Source of the DNA: Adineta vaga
Lineage: Eukaryota; Animalia; Rotifera
Assembly: GCA_021613535.1 (NCBI GenBank)
Contig: CP075495.1
Coordinates: 15,748,001 to 15,812,000 of the forward strand
Length of the DNA stretch: 64,000 nt
Direction of reading: 5' to 3'
The number at the start of each line of letters is the position of its first letter. The first letter of the stretch is position 1. This document shows, piece by piece, positions 25,318 through 37,163 of this stretch. A model generated the notes under the pieces. It saw nothing but the letters and a program-made list of their open reading frames with translations. It was not told the origin of the DNA and ran no database searches. The translations under genes were made by a program, and so were the position numbers.

Positions 25318-25833
25318 GCAGGAGAGTATTAGTAGACCACTTGTTGACAGCTCGAGTATATTCGGCCACACGTAGTAAAAATTGTCGTGGTCGATCAGTT
25401 GGTTTACCCGAAAATGTTGGAAAAGATGAGATAGGTGGCACAATAATTGTGGTAGAGGCAGATGGTGTCAATTGGATGAGATTGTCGTCAGAACTGTCTT
25501 GATAAAATGACTGTCGTTCTGGTCGCGGTGGCGTGTTATTATTGAGTGTTGTAGTAGAGAGTGATGTACCCTTTTGTTCAAGAATCAAGTTTTTGAGTTG
25601 AACGAGTTCTTGTCGTAATGAACGTACTTCATCTGTAATACGTGGTTCAATAACTTGTAACTTTTGTTCCTGTTGGTTTCGGAGTGTATCGAGTTCGGTT
25701 TGGAGTTCAGGCTGAAGCTGAACCAAAGCTTGTTGTAGAGAACTTATATCATTTGCTTGATGAACTAATGAGTCCGAGGCAAGCCGTACAGCTTCATCAA
25801 GTTTCACCTTTTTTTTTCATCTGGACGGGACAT
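25318..25833 (-). mobile_element. Truncated Ty3/Gypsy-like gag
   Basis: Coiled coil, then PTFSGKPTDRPRQFL..V.EY...VNKWS (retrotransposon gag motif). Likely native ATG at 25833 with a frameshift in an A9 run; lies downstream of the minus-strand PBS/LTR. Confidence 0.8.
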
Positions 25834-25913
25834 GATACTTGGTTATGAAAGTGATTTAGTACTAAGTGGTAATTGAGAACGGGAGAAAGATTCGAATAGA
25901 CAGGGTCGCCAAT

Positions 25914-26055
25914 TGTGACAATTTCTGGACTAGGATCCGTACGATGGAATATGATGGTGAATATATCTTTATTTCATTCCAGAAAAGACATGCTCTACTG
26001 CATATTCCTCGTCCTATATATAATTAGTACTCGGAATATTCAGTATCGCGTTACA
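25914..26055 (-). repeat. LTR (142 bp) in inverted orientation, with PBS TGGCGACCCTG
   Basis: Reverse complement of 25167-25304 apart from a small indel region. Confidence 0.85.
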
Positions 26056-27089
26056 GAAAAATATTAACTTTCAATTTAAACATTATTCATTCTAGAAAAA
26101 TAAATGAATGAATATTGTTTAATAAAGATATTGAAAGAATAGTGAAAAGAAATAATTATATATTGACACGTTTGGAATATATAAATCATTTATATTATAT
26201 TCATAACTGGAACTTTTCATTTATTTCTTTAACCTCTTCAATAATTAAAGTTTATTGTATTTTTTCTATAACGAATATCTTTGATAAGTTTTTTTGACTG
26301 ATTTTTAAGAAAGGGAACCGTTTTTAATAAAATTTTTCGTAATCGATTTATCATATTCTATTCAATCGCTTTTATTAATAATTTTTTCGTTACGAATAAG
26401 TTTTTCTTTATAATGATAAAATAAATCAATCAACCGTTTCGTTTCTTTCTTCTTTATGAAAGTGACGTATACTAATCGAAACTTTCCTTACAAAGGTGAT
26501 AGAATGAAGAGAATATATAAAACGAAAATGTTCTATCGTTGTACATCATTGTATTGAACAGAAAACATTCAATTTCTTGTATGGCAGTTTTTTATGATCA
26601 CTTGTTGTGTGTCATTACCAACTTTTACATTTCTCGCGCAAGTACCACGGTTATGGATCGAAAACGAAAATGTCTTATATGTAAAAGTAACTCAAAATAT
26701 TCAGGTCATAATAGCTGCTATCATGGTAATCGTTACAGCATACATAGAGGATGTCGGTTATATAAAATTCATAACTTTTCTGTAATGAACATGTTAAACA
26801 TATTCACAGCTGGTGTTACTGCTCTTTTGGCTTCAACATTTCTAAAAGATTATTTTAATGCATACGTGTATATATGTTTCGAAGTTTTATTTTCATTTTT
26901 ATGTGTTTCTTATATACAGAATAATGAAAATCAGAGATGATTCACTATTTGAAAGGAATCTTTTTTCTTTCAATGTATATCATAATCTCTTCAAAACAAA
27001 TGATTCATTGTCATAAAATCATTGAATCTATTATAGATTTCTAATCCATCAGTATTAAAAAATGAAAAATGTTTTCATAAATAAATAAA

Positions 27090-28060
27090 TGTTATTACGA
27101 TGAACTTAGCTAATTTATAAAATCGATGTACAAACCTGACTGATGCAAAATTGATACCAAGGAAAAATGTAAAAAAGACACATGTAATAACATCAAATAA
27201 TTGTACTATAATCATTGATATATATTGAAAATTAAAGAGAACTTTGATTGATCGACAAGCAGTACTACTGATGATTTGATTGAAGAAATTGCAAATAATA
27301 AAAATGATTAGAATTTGTCAACCCCAACAGAACCATTGATAAGAATTTTGAAGATATTTCGAAGGAATATGATTAAGATCGAATTGAATCCAATAAATTG
27401 TCGATAAAGAGATATAACATAGAATGAAGTTGATAACATTCATCTTCATGTAATTATTAATATTAACAGGAACTGTTAATGATAATAAACATCGTCCTAA
27501 ACAAAAAAAATCACACGTAAATGTTGATCGACAGAAATAAATAAATTATTACATAAAACAATTCGTAAGAACTATCTTTCATATTATTTGTTTATTTTTC
27601 ATAGACCTGATCTCTTTTCTTTTCTGAATCGAATGAATAATTAAATACTTACTTGCAACAGCCGATTCATGAGATGTATATACTATTGATGAATCATTAA
27701 TTGTAAATGTTAATGATGATTCATAATCCAATACTGTCACACGTATTATTTGTGGTCAAAAACCAAAAAAATAGATATTAATAACAATAAAAAGTATAGA
27801 AACTGTAATCGAAGAAATGAAGTAAATAAACGACTTATTCTTGTTTTCAATCTAAAAGAATATATATTACAAATGAATATTCAAATGGTAAGTATACCCA
27901 AAATGATTAAAATAAAAGAGTACAGAAGTATTTGTCATACATAAATTCGTTTGATGAATTGGAAACGAATGAATTGTTGCCATTTGATTTGATTTTTTAC
28001 TAAAACAATTTCTTGATTTCTTTAACAGTGTAGAGAGGATTCCTTGAATCGACATGTTCT
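27090..28060 (-). pseudogene. Decayed multi-pass membrane protein gene, copy B
   Basis: LKTRISRLFTSFLRLQFLYF..; MNVINFIL..YLQNSYQWFCWG*..FFLGINFASV. Shares the DNA ACAGAACCATTGATAAG.ATTTTGAAGATA with copy A. Confidence 0.5.
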
Positions 28061-29540
28061 TCTTAATTAATATCGAATTTTGATCTCGAAATAAAACACA
28101 TCTATCGATACTCTCAAATATTTTATTATTTGATAATTAATGTACAAACTTCAAATACTGGAAAGTCCAACAAATATATCTCAATTCTCACTTTGCTCTT
28201 ATTAACAAATTATGTTTATACCTCTAAATCAATTCTTATACTCAGAAAGTTAACATCAGATTTTAAACATTTTTATTCATTTCAAAAAATAAATAGCGAA
28301 TTCTATTTTATGTATTATTTTTTTTCTTTTCATTATAGAATTGATTATCAATAATCAAAATAATATCGATTATTTTTTTAAATTGTACTTACATATATTT
28401 TCAATATCTAGAAACGAAATTTAACAAGTATATATGAACTTTTCAATTTATTCCATATAATAGTCATTCCAGCCTGACTGAACGACAGAAAATAATACAA
28501 AAATTCATTGCCTTTCTATGTTGATCTGTTTGATTGGAAGAAGAAAAGAGAGAAAAAAAGTCATCTTCTCATCTTTTTTTGGTACATTATATTCATTAAT
28601 TAATTAATTAATTTTTCTCGAGAAACTTCTTTCGATATGTGTGATAGTTGTTGATCAATGTCAAAAGTAGTTTTTCACGAATTATCTGTTTTCTATCTTT
28701 GCTTATAGTATAGAAAACTTTTTTCTGCAAAATATCTTTTTACAATTTCGTATAAAAGATTAATATCAAATATTTGCGAAGAAATAAAACATTAATTTCA
28801 TATTTATTAGATGTTCCTTCATTTTGTAAAGAGAGATATTTTAGAAGAAAACTATCAATCGTACTTCGATGGTTTACAATGAGACCATAAATTAGATATT
28901 TTAATATGTATTAGTTCATATAGATCTTTTTATCAAACTCATCAAATAAGAGAAGACGACATGGTTTATATTAAACGATATGTGTACCTTCTATTTAATA
29001 TATTCTACAGAACAAAAACAGATTCTGTATTTCTTCGTGAAAAAGTACATCAAGTCATACATAGATTTCTTTGTTAGAAAAAGTTTTTCTTTATTTATTT
29101 AATTATTTTGTAAAAGAAAAAATTCTTCTCTCTCAAACATCACATTTCATTTCATTGGTTCATTTAAGATTTGTTCACACGATATGTAATAAACTTAAGA
29201 ATCTTTTCCTAGTTTTTCATATCATTTAAAATGAATGTTTATGGTTTTATGAGATGATGTCGCCAGTATCTATTAAAATTTTATTTTCGAAAAAGGATTA
29301 TTTTCTTTGCTTGTTATTGTTTAATATGAAAAGAATAAAAGTTTTTCGAATGAATTTGGAATAAAGCCAAAACAAAAAAAAGAAGAAGAAAGACATTGGA
29401 TTAATTCTATTGGTTAAGAAATTGATCAAGGAGGACGAGGTCAAGGTTAAAGAATGGCTGTCGAATATAATTTGTCTTGTTCTATTTCTTCATTTGTTCA
29501 TTTCCTTCTTTTTCTTTCTATAACTTTATAAATCAAACGT

Positions 29541-32500
29541 ATGTCAGACATTGTTGACATTCTTGATTCCACAACTAACAATGGTAAATTCATTTTATCT
29601 TTCTTTCTTTCTTTCTTCAAATCTTTTCCTTTTAAATAGATTCAATTAATTTAAATCTTGATGATGATTCCGATGAAAGTGGTGAAACACCATTTCAACG
29701 TCTTGTTCGTCTTCATTCTTCAAATTCAAATTATAATGATAGGTTTGATCTTTTCTTTTCTTTTCTCTTACGAATTATTTCTTTCTTTCTTTTAGAAAAA
29801 ATGCAGTGAAATATATCTTAGATGCACTTCGTCTTGTTAATGATGTTGATAGTTTATATGAAATCTTATCTTGTACGAAAAAATTAGCTGATGATATTGG
29901 TAAAGATAAACGAAAGAGAGAGAGAGAGAGAAGAATTTCATTTGAATTTTATTTAGTTACACAAGTTCAAATTGATACATTAGAAAAATTTATTTTAATT
30001 ATTGAATATTTAATATCTAATGTTGATAATGGTGATTTATTAATAAAAGAATATTTATTTCAATCAATTATACAAACAATTGGACATGGAAATAATCGAA
30101 TACGTAAAGCAAGTCAACAAGCATTAACACGTTTATTTGAATTAGAACAAATAAAATTAGATGATATTCAAAATGATATTATACCTGCTTTATGTCAATT
30201 AGATAAAGCTTGTGATGATTTTAAAAATGAATCTATTCTTGTATGTTCAATTGATTTATATAAAACTAAGAAAAGATCTTCTATGAAAGACATGGGTAGT
30301 GAGATGTTTTTTTATTTCGATTTCATCTTACTAGTCTGTCTTTCCAAAGAATGTCTTTATTACAAAGTTTCTTTTTTCTTTTCTTTTTCTTTTCATTTTG
30401 TCAATAAGATTTATTCCTCAAAAATGATTGTGTTTATGTTGAATTATTGAAAATATCATATCACAGTCAGCTTTGATGGAATAAATTAGACATTTTAACG
30501 ACGAAAACAATCTCTTTTGAAGATGAATTATTAAGAAAAATTTTCTTTTTTTAGTTAATGACACGTTTAACTCAATATGTATCAAATGATTTAATATTAA
30601 AATATTTTGTACCAACAATAGTTCAACAATCTTCATCAATTGCATTTCAAACACGAAAGGTTTTTCTTTTTCTTCTTTGAAAAAAAAAAAGAAAACTTTA
30701 TTTTTAAATTTTTAAAAATTAGACATGTGCAACAGCTATTGGTGATTTAGCAACAATTATTCCACCTACAGCAGTCGATCAATATCTTGTAATAATTTAT
30801 TTATTTCAAAATAAATTTTATTTAACAAAGAAAAGTTTTCTTTTTTTTCCTGTTTATTCTAAAGAATAAGAAGAAATAAAAATATGATTTTTATTAATAG
30901 GTTCCCTGTATATCAAATTTATGTAGTGATCCATTTTGGGGTGTTCGAAAAAGTTGTGCAGAAGTAATTCATCCACTTGCTCAAGTTTGTTCGAAAGAAT
31001 CACGTTGGAATATTTTATCTCCATGTTTAATCCAATTATTACAAGATCAATCACGTTGGGTTAAAACAGCTGCACTTCGTGTTCTTGGTTATTTTATTTC
31101 AACATTTGCTCGAATAAATGATGAAAAAGATGAAACAATTTCTAATGAAAAACAAAATTCGAATGAACAAATTGATAAATTATGTTTAAATATTGAAAAT
31201 AATATTCAAATAAATGAAAATGAAAAATTTAATGATTTCAATTTTTGGAGAAAACCACTTTTAACAAATATTGATTTTGATCAAGATATTCAATGTAAAT
31301 TTTAAAAAAGAATTGAATTTTATTTTAAAATAAAAATTTTCTTTATTTAGTTTCATCAATACGTAAACAATCTTTACTTGAAATATCCAAAACATATGAT
31401 CATGATGATGTTAATGTAAATCATTTTCCTTTTTTTTTTATTAAAAAAAGAAATTCAATTGTTTTATTTCAATAGAGTATTCTTCCAATTGAATTATTAG
31501 ATAATTATATAAATTTAGTTGAACAATCTTATTCAAGTGGTGTTGAAACAGATATTATTCATCAAGGTGCACATACATTTCCTGCTGTTGTTTTAACATT
31601 AACAAATAAAAATTGGAATCTTATTCGTAATGTTCATAGAAAATTTGCAGAAGATTTACAAGTAAAAAATTTTGATTGAAATCGTTTTTTCATTCTTTTA
31701 ATAATGTTTGTTTTTAGTGGAAAGTTCGTCGAACTTTAGCTTATTCATTACATGCTATTGCTGAATTATTAACTGTTGAACAAGTAGAAGAAGATTTATG
31801 TCCGATATTTGAATCATTTGTTCGAGATGTTGATGAAGTTAAAATTGGAATTCTTTCACATTTATCTCAATTTTTGAAAGTACTTCCATTAGCAACAAGA
31901 AAAACTTATTTAGATAAATTAACTTATTTAACTTCAGTTGATAATCAAAGAAATTGGAGATTTAGATTAGAAATTGTCAAGTAAGTTTTTCCTTTTTTTT
32001 CTTTCTAATAAAACAAAAAAGGAAATCTTCAAAATTTTCACTGAACATAGAAAATAGCACGAAGAATATGACTATTCAACGAGTGATTTTGTTTATGATC
32101 TTTACAGAAAATATTTCTTACATGAATAGATCTAATCAAAAAGAAAAATTCATTCCTGGTTTCTGCGAATTCTATAAAGAACTGCTTTCTCTCCTTGGGT
32201 TCAGTTGTTCAGCGTTCCCTTACAGGTTTTTGGTCATCATTGTTACTCCTTTCGGCAAATCGCCACTCTCATTGATTTTCTGAATTTGCTCCTGATTTCT
32301 GTTTTGGGTATTTTTATCTACGAAATAATGAAAAGCAAAGATTTTTTTCAATTGATAAAACTCAATGTATTTATTATCTATTTTAGTCAATTATATGAAT
32401 TAACATCATTATTTTCTTCATCTGATATTGGTGATTATATAAGTCCATTAGTCTTTGGAATGTCAGTTGATAGAGTAGCTGAAGTTCGACATAATGCGAT

Positions 32501-33128
32501 AAAAGCAGTAAGATATATTTGGAAAATTAAAATTCGATTTGAAAAAAAAAGAAAATCTTTCTTTTAAGTTATCTGGTTGTTATTGGAAATTTAATATTGA
32601 AAATGCTGAAAGTCAATTAGAAATCTTTCTTGATGATTGTCATCGTCTACTTAGTTCATCAAGCGATTGGAAATTACGTCAATCTTATATAAATTTATGT
32701 GAATCAATATATAAATTACATGATGATACATCAGATCAATATTCATTAAGATTTCTTGGAACACTTTTATCATTAAAAGAAGATCCTGTTGTTAATGTTC
32801 GTCTTTCACTTGGAACATTTATTTATCAAAATTTAGTTCATAATGGTAAAAAGAAAAAAAGAAATATTTTGATTATTTAATAAATTAAATAACTTGTATT
32901 TTTTTTTCAAAAGACTTTTATAATGGTTTATCAGATGATTGGAGAAGTCAATTAGATGAATGTCTTCAAATGTTATTAGTTGATCGTGATCGTGATGTTC
33001 GTGCATCTGTTGGTGGTGTTTATGAAGCACGTGGGACTCCACTTCCATTAGATGATGATAATAATAATAATGAAGATTCAGATAGTTCAATACAAAATAA
33101 TACAATTACACTCGGTGATCAATCTTAA
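29541..33128 (+). CDS. PPP4R1: Ser/Thr protein phosphatase 4 regulatory subunit 1 (HEAT repeats), multi-exon
   Basis: DPFWGVRKSCAEV, DQSRWVKTAALRVLGYFISTF, FNDFNFWRKPL, AHTFPAVVLTL...NW, QWKVRRTLAYSLH, DVDEVKIGILSHL, NWRFR, DRVAEVR, DPVVNVR, DRDRDVR. Confidence 0.9.
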
Positions 33129-33500
33129 CTAAATTGGTATTTGAAAAAATTCTTTTTTTTTTTAATTTCTCTTATTAAAAATCTTTGTTTTTATTTATTT
33201 AGTTATTTATTATTTTTGTTTATTTCTATCTAATGACATATCATGGAATTTTCTTTGGAAAAACAAAAGAAAAGAAACAAATTCTTTCGAACAATTCGAC
33301 AGATTTTCTTTTGTTTCATATTGAATGTTAAAGATACTTCGATTAGTTTATTTCCTTGTTTGTTTTTCTTTCTCTTTCTTTATTTTATTGTTATTAACAT
33401 CAATAAACATCATTACATTTATTTTTTTATTTATTTCAAATCATTTCATATTCAATTAAAATACATTTCGATAAATTTAGGTAACTTTGACATTTCTTTA

Positions 33501-33547
33501 ATATCGATAACAGAAATATGTTAAGATCTCCAAGGGTCTACTTGTTA
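33501..33547 (+). repeat. 47-bp direct repeat, copy 1 (copy 2 at 36336-36382)
   Basis: ATATCGATAACAGAAATATGTTAAGATC(T/C)CCAAGGGTCTACTTGTTA; one mismatch between copies. Confidence 0.9.
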
Positions 33548-33750
33548 GGGTGGGGCGTGGGTGAAAGGGGTAGGTGTGGGTGTAGGTGCTCGAAAAACGA
33601 GATCTTTTTCAAACAGCTCAAAACCTTACGAAACGTTATCGTTACTCGAAAAGATAATGAACCAAATCCACTCATATCCCTCAACTTTCAGGATATAGTT
33701 GGTAATGGGTGTCCTGACGGCCGATTGTCAATACCCGGCGTAATGATATT

Positions 33751-34070
33751 ATGACACCACTCAGCGTTTTACTTAATTTTGTTAATGGAACATATAAAAC
33801 TCAGAAAACATATTCAACTGATACTAATTCAAATTCAGTATCAGTATCTAATGTTAATAATGATAATAAACCTGATATTGTTACTGCAAATCAAGGTGAT
33901 AATACAATTAGTATTCTTTTAAATCTTGGTAATAGAATATTTCAAAATCAAATTATTTGTACAGTTGGTTCTGCTCCTTAGTTAGTTGAAATAAACGATG
34001 TTAATAGTGACAATAAATTTGATATTATTGTTTCTAACAAAGGTGCAAATAATGTTGGTGTTCTTATTCA
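33751..34070 (+). pseudogene. FG-GAP/VCBS repeat fragment (bacterial-type beta-propeller repeats)
   Basis: SVSVSNVNNDNKPDIVTANQGDNTISILLNLGN..F.NQ...VGSAP*..NDVNSDNKFDIIVSNKGANNVGVL; contains an in-frame stop. Confidence 0.8.
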
Positions 34071-34161
34071 TAAACAAAATTTTCTCTTTTTCTTTTCTTT
34101 TCTTCATCTGAAAGATTGAAACTTATGAAGGAGGTTTGTTGGTTAATATCAAATTGAATCA

Positions 34162-34545
34162 ATGGTTGATCAATCATCTGATGAAATTTTATCTCGTTTA
34201 CGAGGAATATCTTCGGATGAAAAAAGTGGAATTGGAAAATTAAAATGTCGTATTGATGATCAAGCACGTTCAATAATGATGTTAAAAAAAACGAAATGAT
34301 GAATATATTTTAACAAATATGACTTTGGATAAACATATTATTAATTTAGAATATCAATTAGATGAATTAAAACAACAACAAATGAATAATGAGAATCAAA
34401 ATGAACAAATTCAAAATCAAATTCAAAGTATTTTTTTTTTCATTTTTAAAATTTAAAGAAAAACAAATTTGTCTTTAGATAATGAAGAAAAACTAAAAGA
34501 AAAAGATAAATTTATTGAAGAAATTGAAACTTTTTTTCTAATATT
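34162..34545 (+). pseudogene. Truncated CCDC89-like coiled-coil gene fragment
   Basis: LSRLRGISSDEKSGIGKLKCRIDDQARSIMMLKK/RNDE resembles the CCDC89 N-terminus as I recall it. +1 frameshift in an A8 run; one intron, then truncation. Confidence 0.5.
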
Positions 34546-34854
34546 TTCAACTTTTGGACGATTCGCTATAGAATGAATTGATGAGGATTAGTTTTGTCGA
34601 GTGTGACATCGATAATATCGTCTATGGATTCATTCATTTCTCTTACCAATAAATATAAGAATGAAAAATGGTTTCTTTGCCTTTTCTTTTATAATTGATT
34701 GAGATAATTATTTCGAATTTCAATTTCAATATGGATAATCGTTGTAAATAATACAAATATTTTTCAAATCATACTTTGCATCTTTCAAACTGTTTAGGTT
34801 TACATCAAAATGACTGATTCAACAGAACCAGTTTTGAAATGAAAAACGAAATAC

Positions 34855-35529
34855 ATGACTTCATTTTCAAATGTCTCTCAAGAAGAAGCAGAAGTTATAT
34901 TTGGATTTCGATTCGATGACTTCTACAACTCTCAAATACCACTCAATGAATTTATTAAGAAAAAAGCATCAGAAGAATTGAAGAAGAAAGTTTTTGATCG
35001 ATTAATTGATTGGATTTTATCAGAAGGATTTCCAGAAGCAACAATTGCTCCAATGAATGAATCAGTTGTCACAGATTTTATTGGAATTATTTTGGCAACT
35101 ACAGTAGCTGACATTGATCGTACGAAGAATCGTCGTGATTTTATAGTATTACGAGAGAAGCAAATCATCAGCAAAGATGAAGAATTTGGTGGAAATATGG
35201 AATTTATGATAATTCAAAGTATCTGTACTGGAAACGTTCGTCATATAATTGTCATTGAAGCAAAACGTAATGCACTTGGAAAAGGACTTACTCAACTGTT
35301 ATTAGCATTAAAATCTATGTTCGAAGTAAATAATGATCAAAAATTAGTATATGGATTTGTTACAACAGCAATCAATTGGCAATTAGTGACATATGATGGT
35401 CAAACATGGAAATTATCACGACCATCTGTTCTTTTACTTGGAAATATGGAGAAATACGAAACTGAATGGTTAAAAGATAATACACAAATATTAGATGTCA
35501 TTTACAGTATCTTGTCATTATTTTATTGA
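34855..35529 (+). CDS. Intronless PD-(D/E)xK restriction-endonuclease-fold protein
   Basis: NES..T, LREKQI, GGNMEF, IIVIEAKR...G..Q, VYGFVTTAINWQL. Upstream in-frame ATG at 34810 is interrupted by TGA at 34840. Confidence 0.65.
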   Translation: MTSFSNVSQEEAEVIFGFRFDDFYNSQIPLNEFIKKKASEELKKKVFDRLIDWILSEGFPEATIAPMNESVVTDFIGIILATTVADIDRTKNRRDFIVLREKQIISKDEEFGGNMEFMIIQSICTGNVRHIIVIEAKRNALGKGLTQLLLALKSMFEVNNDQKLVYGFVTTAINWQLVTYDGQTWKLSRPSVLLLGNMEKYETEWLKDNTQILDVIYSILSLFY

Positions 35530-35720
35530 AAAAATATTAAAGAACTTGTATAAATATTAAGTAATTGTGTTTTGTTTAGTAGTTGATGTAGAAAGAATGA
35601 ATAACTTAATCAAAGATGATCACATAAAAAAGTATTCGATTAGCTTTACATATGTAACGTGTTTTACAGTTTGAAGTCCTCTTTATAAGAAAGTTAATAA
35701 GAGCATCAATTACTCTATAT

Positions 35721-36070
35721 CCACGACGGAAAACTATCGGAACCGACATCGGATAGTGTCGGAATTAGAAAGAAACCTATAAAAATCCGATCGGTTATTG
35801 TCGGATCTGGTGGTCAGAAAATACCGTAACTTATAGCATCTGATCACAGAAAGACATCAGAGAGTCAGTCGATCCGACCGTCTTATTTCATTTCCTGTCG
35901 GACGCCATAATATATTACACGGACTTTCCAGAGATTACTGAAAACTACAACAAAAATCAGTCGAGGATACTAAGGATAACATCAACATTAAACCGGATTC
36001 CAGCTCGAACACATTGAATTCCGTTCCGAGTACACTGAAATCCACCTGAATTACGATGGATCACACTGAA
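35721..36070. mobile_element. Degenerate MITE-like repeat rich in TCGGA/TCCGA units
   Basis: Begins CCACGACGGA; many ATCGGA/GTCGGA/TCCGA subrepeats; GC content above the flanks. Confidence 0.4.
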
Positions 36071-36335
36071 TCATATAGATAATTCTTTATTGTTGCTATA
36101 AAATTGTCTATACATATTCTTTGTATAAGTGACAAGTAGATTTGTCTAGTGAAAGATATATTAGATATATATCTTATCTTATAAACTCTTCATTTTCAAT
36201 TCTCAATCAATTAGAACAACTTCGATCAATCTACTAGAAACAAAAATGACTTTGTTTAGTTTTCAGCTAAAATAAAAACATTTGCTTGTTTTTCTTTTTA
36301 GAACGTGTTCCAGTATGAAAATAACTTTTATCAGC

Positions 36336-36382
36336 ATATCGATAACAGAAATATGTTAAGATCCCCAAGGGTCTACTTGTTA
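36336..36382 (+). repeat. 47-bp direct repeat, copy 2
   Basis: Matches 33501-33547. Confidence 0.9.
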
Positions 36383-36620
36383 TACTTCTTGAGAAATATT
36401 CGTTTCTCTAAGAAGTATTTTATTATCTCATTGAAAATATTCTTTACTACTCATTGACATTTATTTTGATATATTTTTCAAATATCTTTTTCTACAAGTC
36501 AATTCGATAAAGAAAGACACTCAACAGAAATTATCAAATAGGAATTTTTGTTAAAAAAGAACATCAAAAGATTCTTTGTTTTTTGTGTCAAATAAATATC
36601 TTTATTTAATAAAAAGAAAA

Positions 36621-37163
36621 TTAAAGATAAAGAATAAAAGAAACACGTAAAAAATATTGAAGAATTAAAATCATAACGAAAAATTTTGTTGAAACAATTT
36701 GTTTTAAAGATGAATTACATAAATGATTTGTACATCGACATAATGACATTCCATTTCCATATGTTCCTAATTTATGACATTGATCATTCGATGATCCACT
36801 TGTTAAACTATTTTCATTGGATGATTTTCGATTATCTTTATTACCAAAATTTAATAATTTTATTAAATCATCAAGACATCCACGTTCTTCTGTTACTTTA
36901 TTTATTACTAAATAAATGAAAAATTCGATTTTAGAAAAAAAGAAAAAGATTTTTACCTAATTTAAAACAAATATTTGAAGGACAATCAACAGGTTTTGAT
37001 GTACATGTATTATCATCACCTGTACAACATTGGATTGAATAAACAGCCAATGTTTTATATGCTAAATAAATAGAAATTATTATTATTGTTTTATTTTTCA
37101 ATTAAACTTACATAGAAAAATAAGAAAAAAATAAAAACAAAAATGATAATGAATTAATATCAT
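36621..37163 (-). CDS. Ly6/three-finger-like GPI-anchored small protein, 3 coding exons (missed by the ORF track)
   Basis: Spliced MILIHYHFCFYFFLIFLSYKTLAVYSIQCCTGDDNTCTSKPVDCPSNICFKLVINKVTEERGC...QCHK...LCRCTNHLCNSS, then a hydrophobic tail. Signal peptide, ERGC and CxC...CN motifs. Confidence 0.8.
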
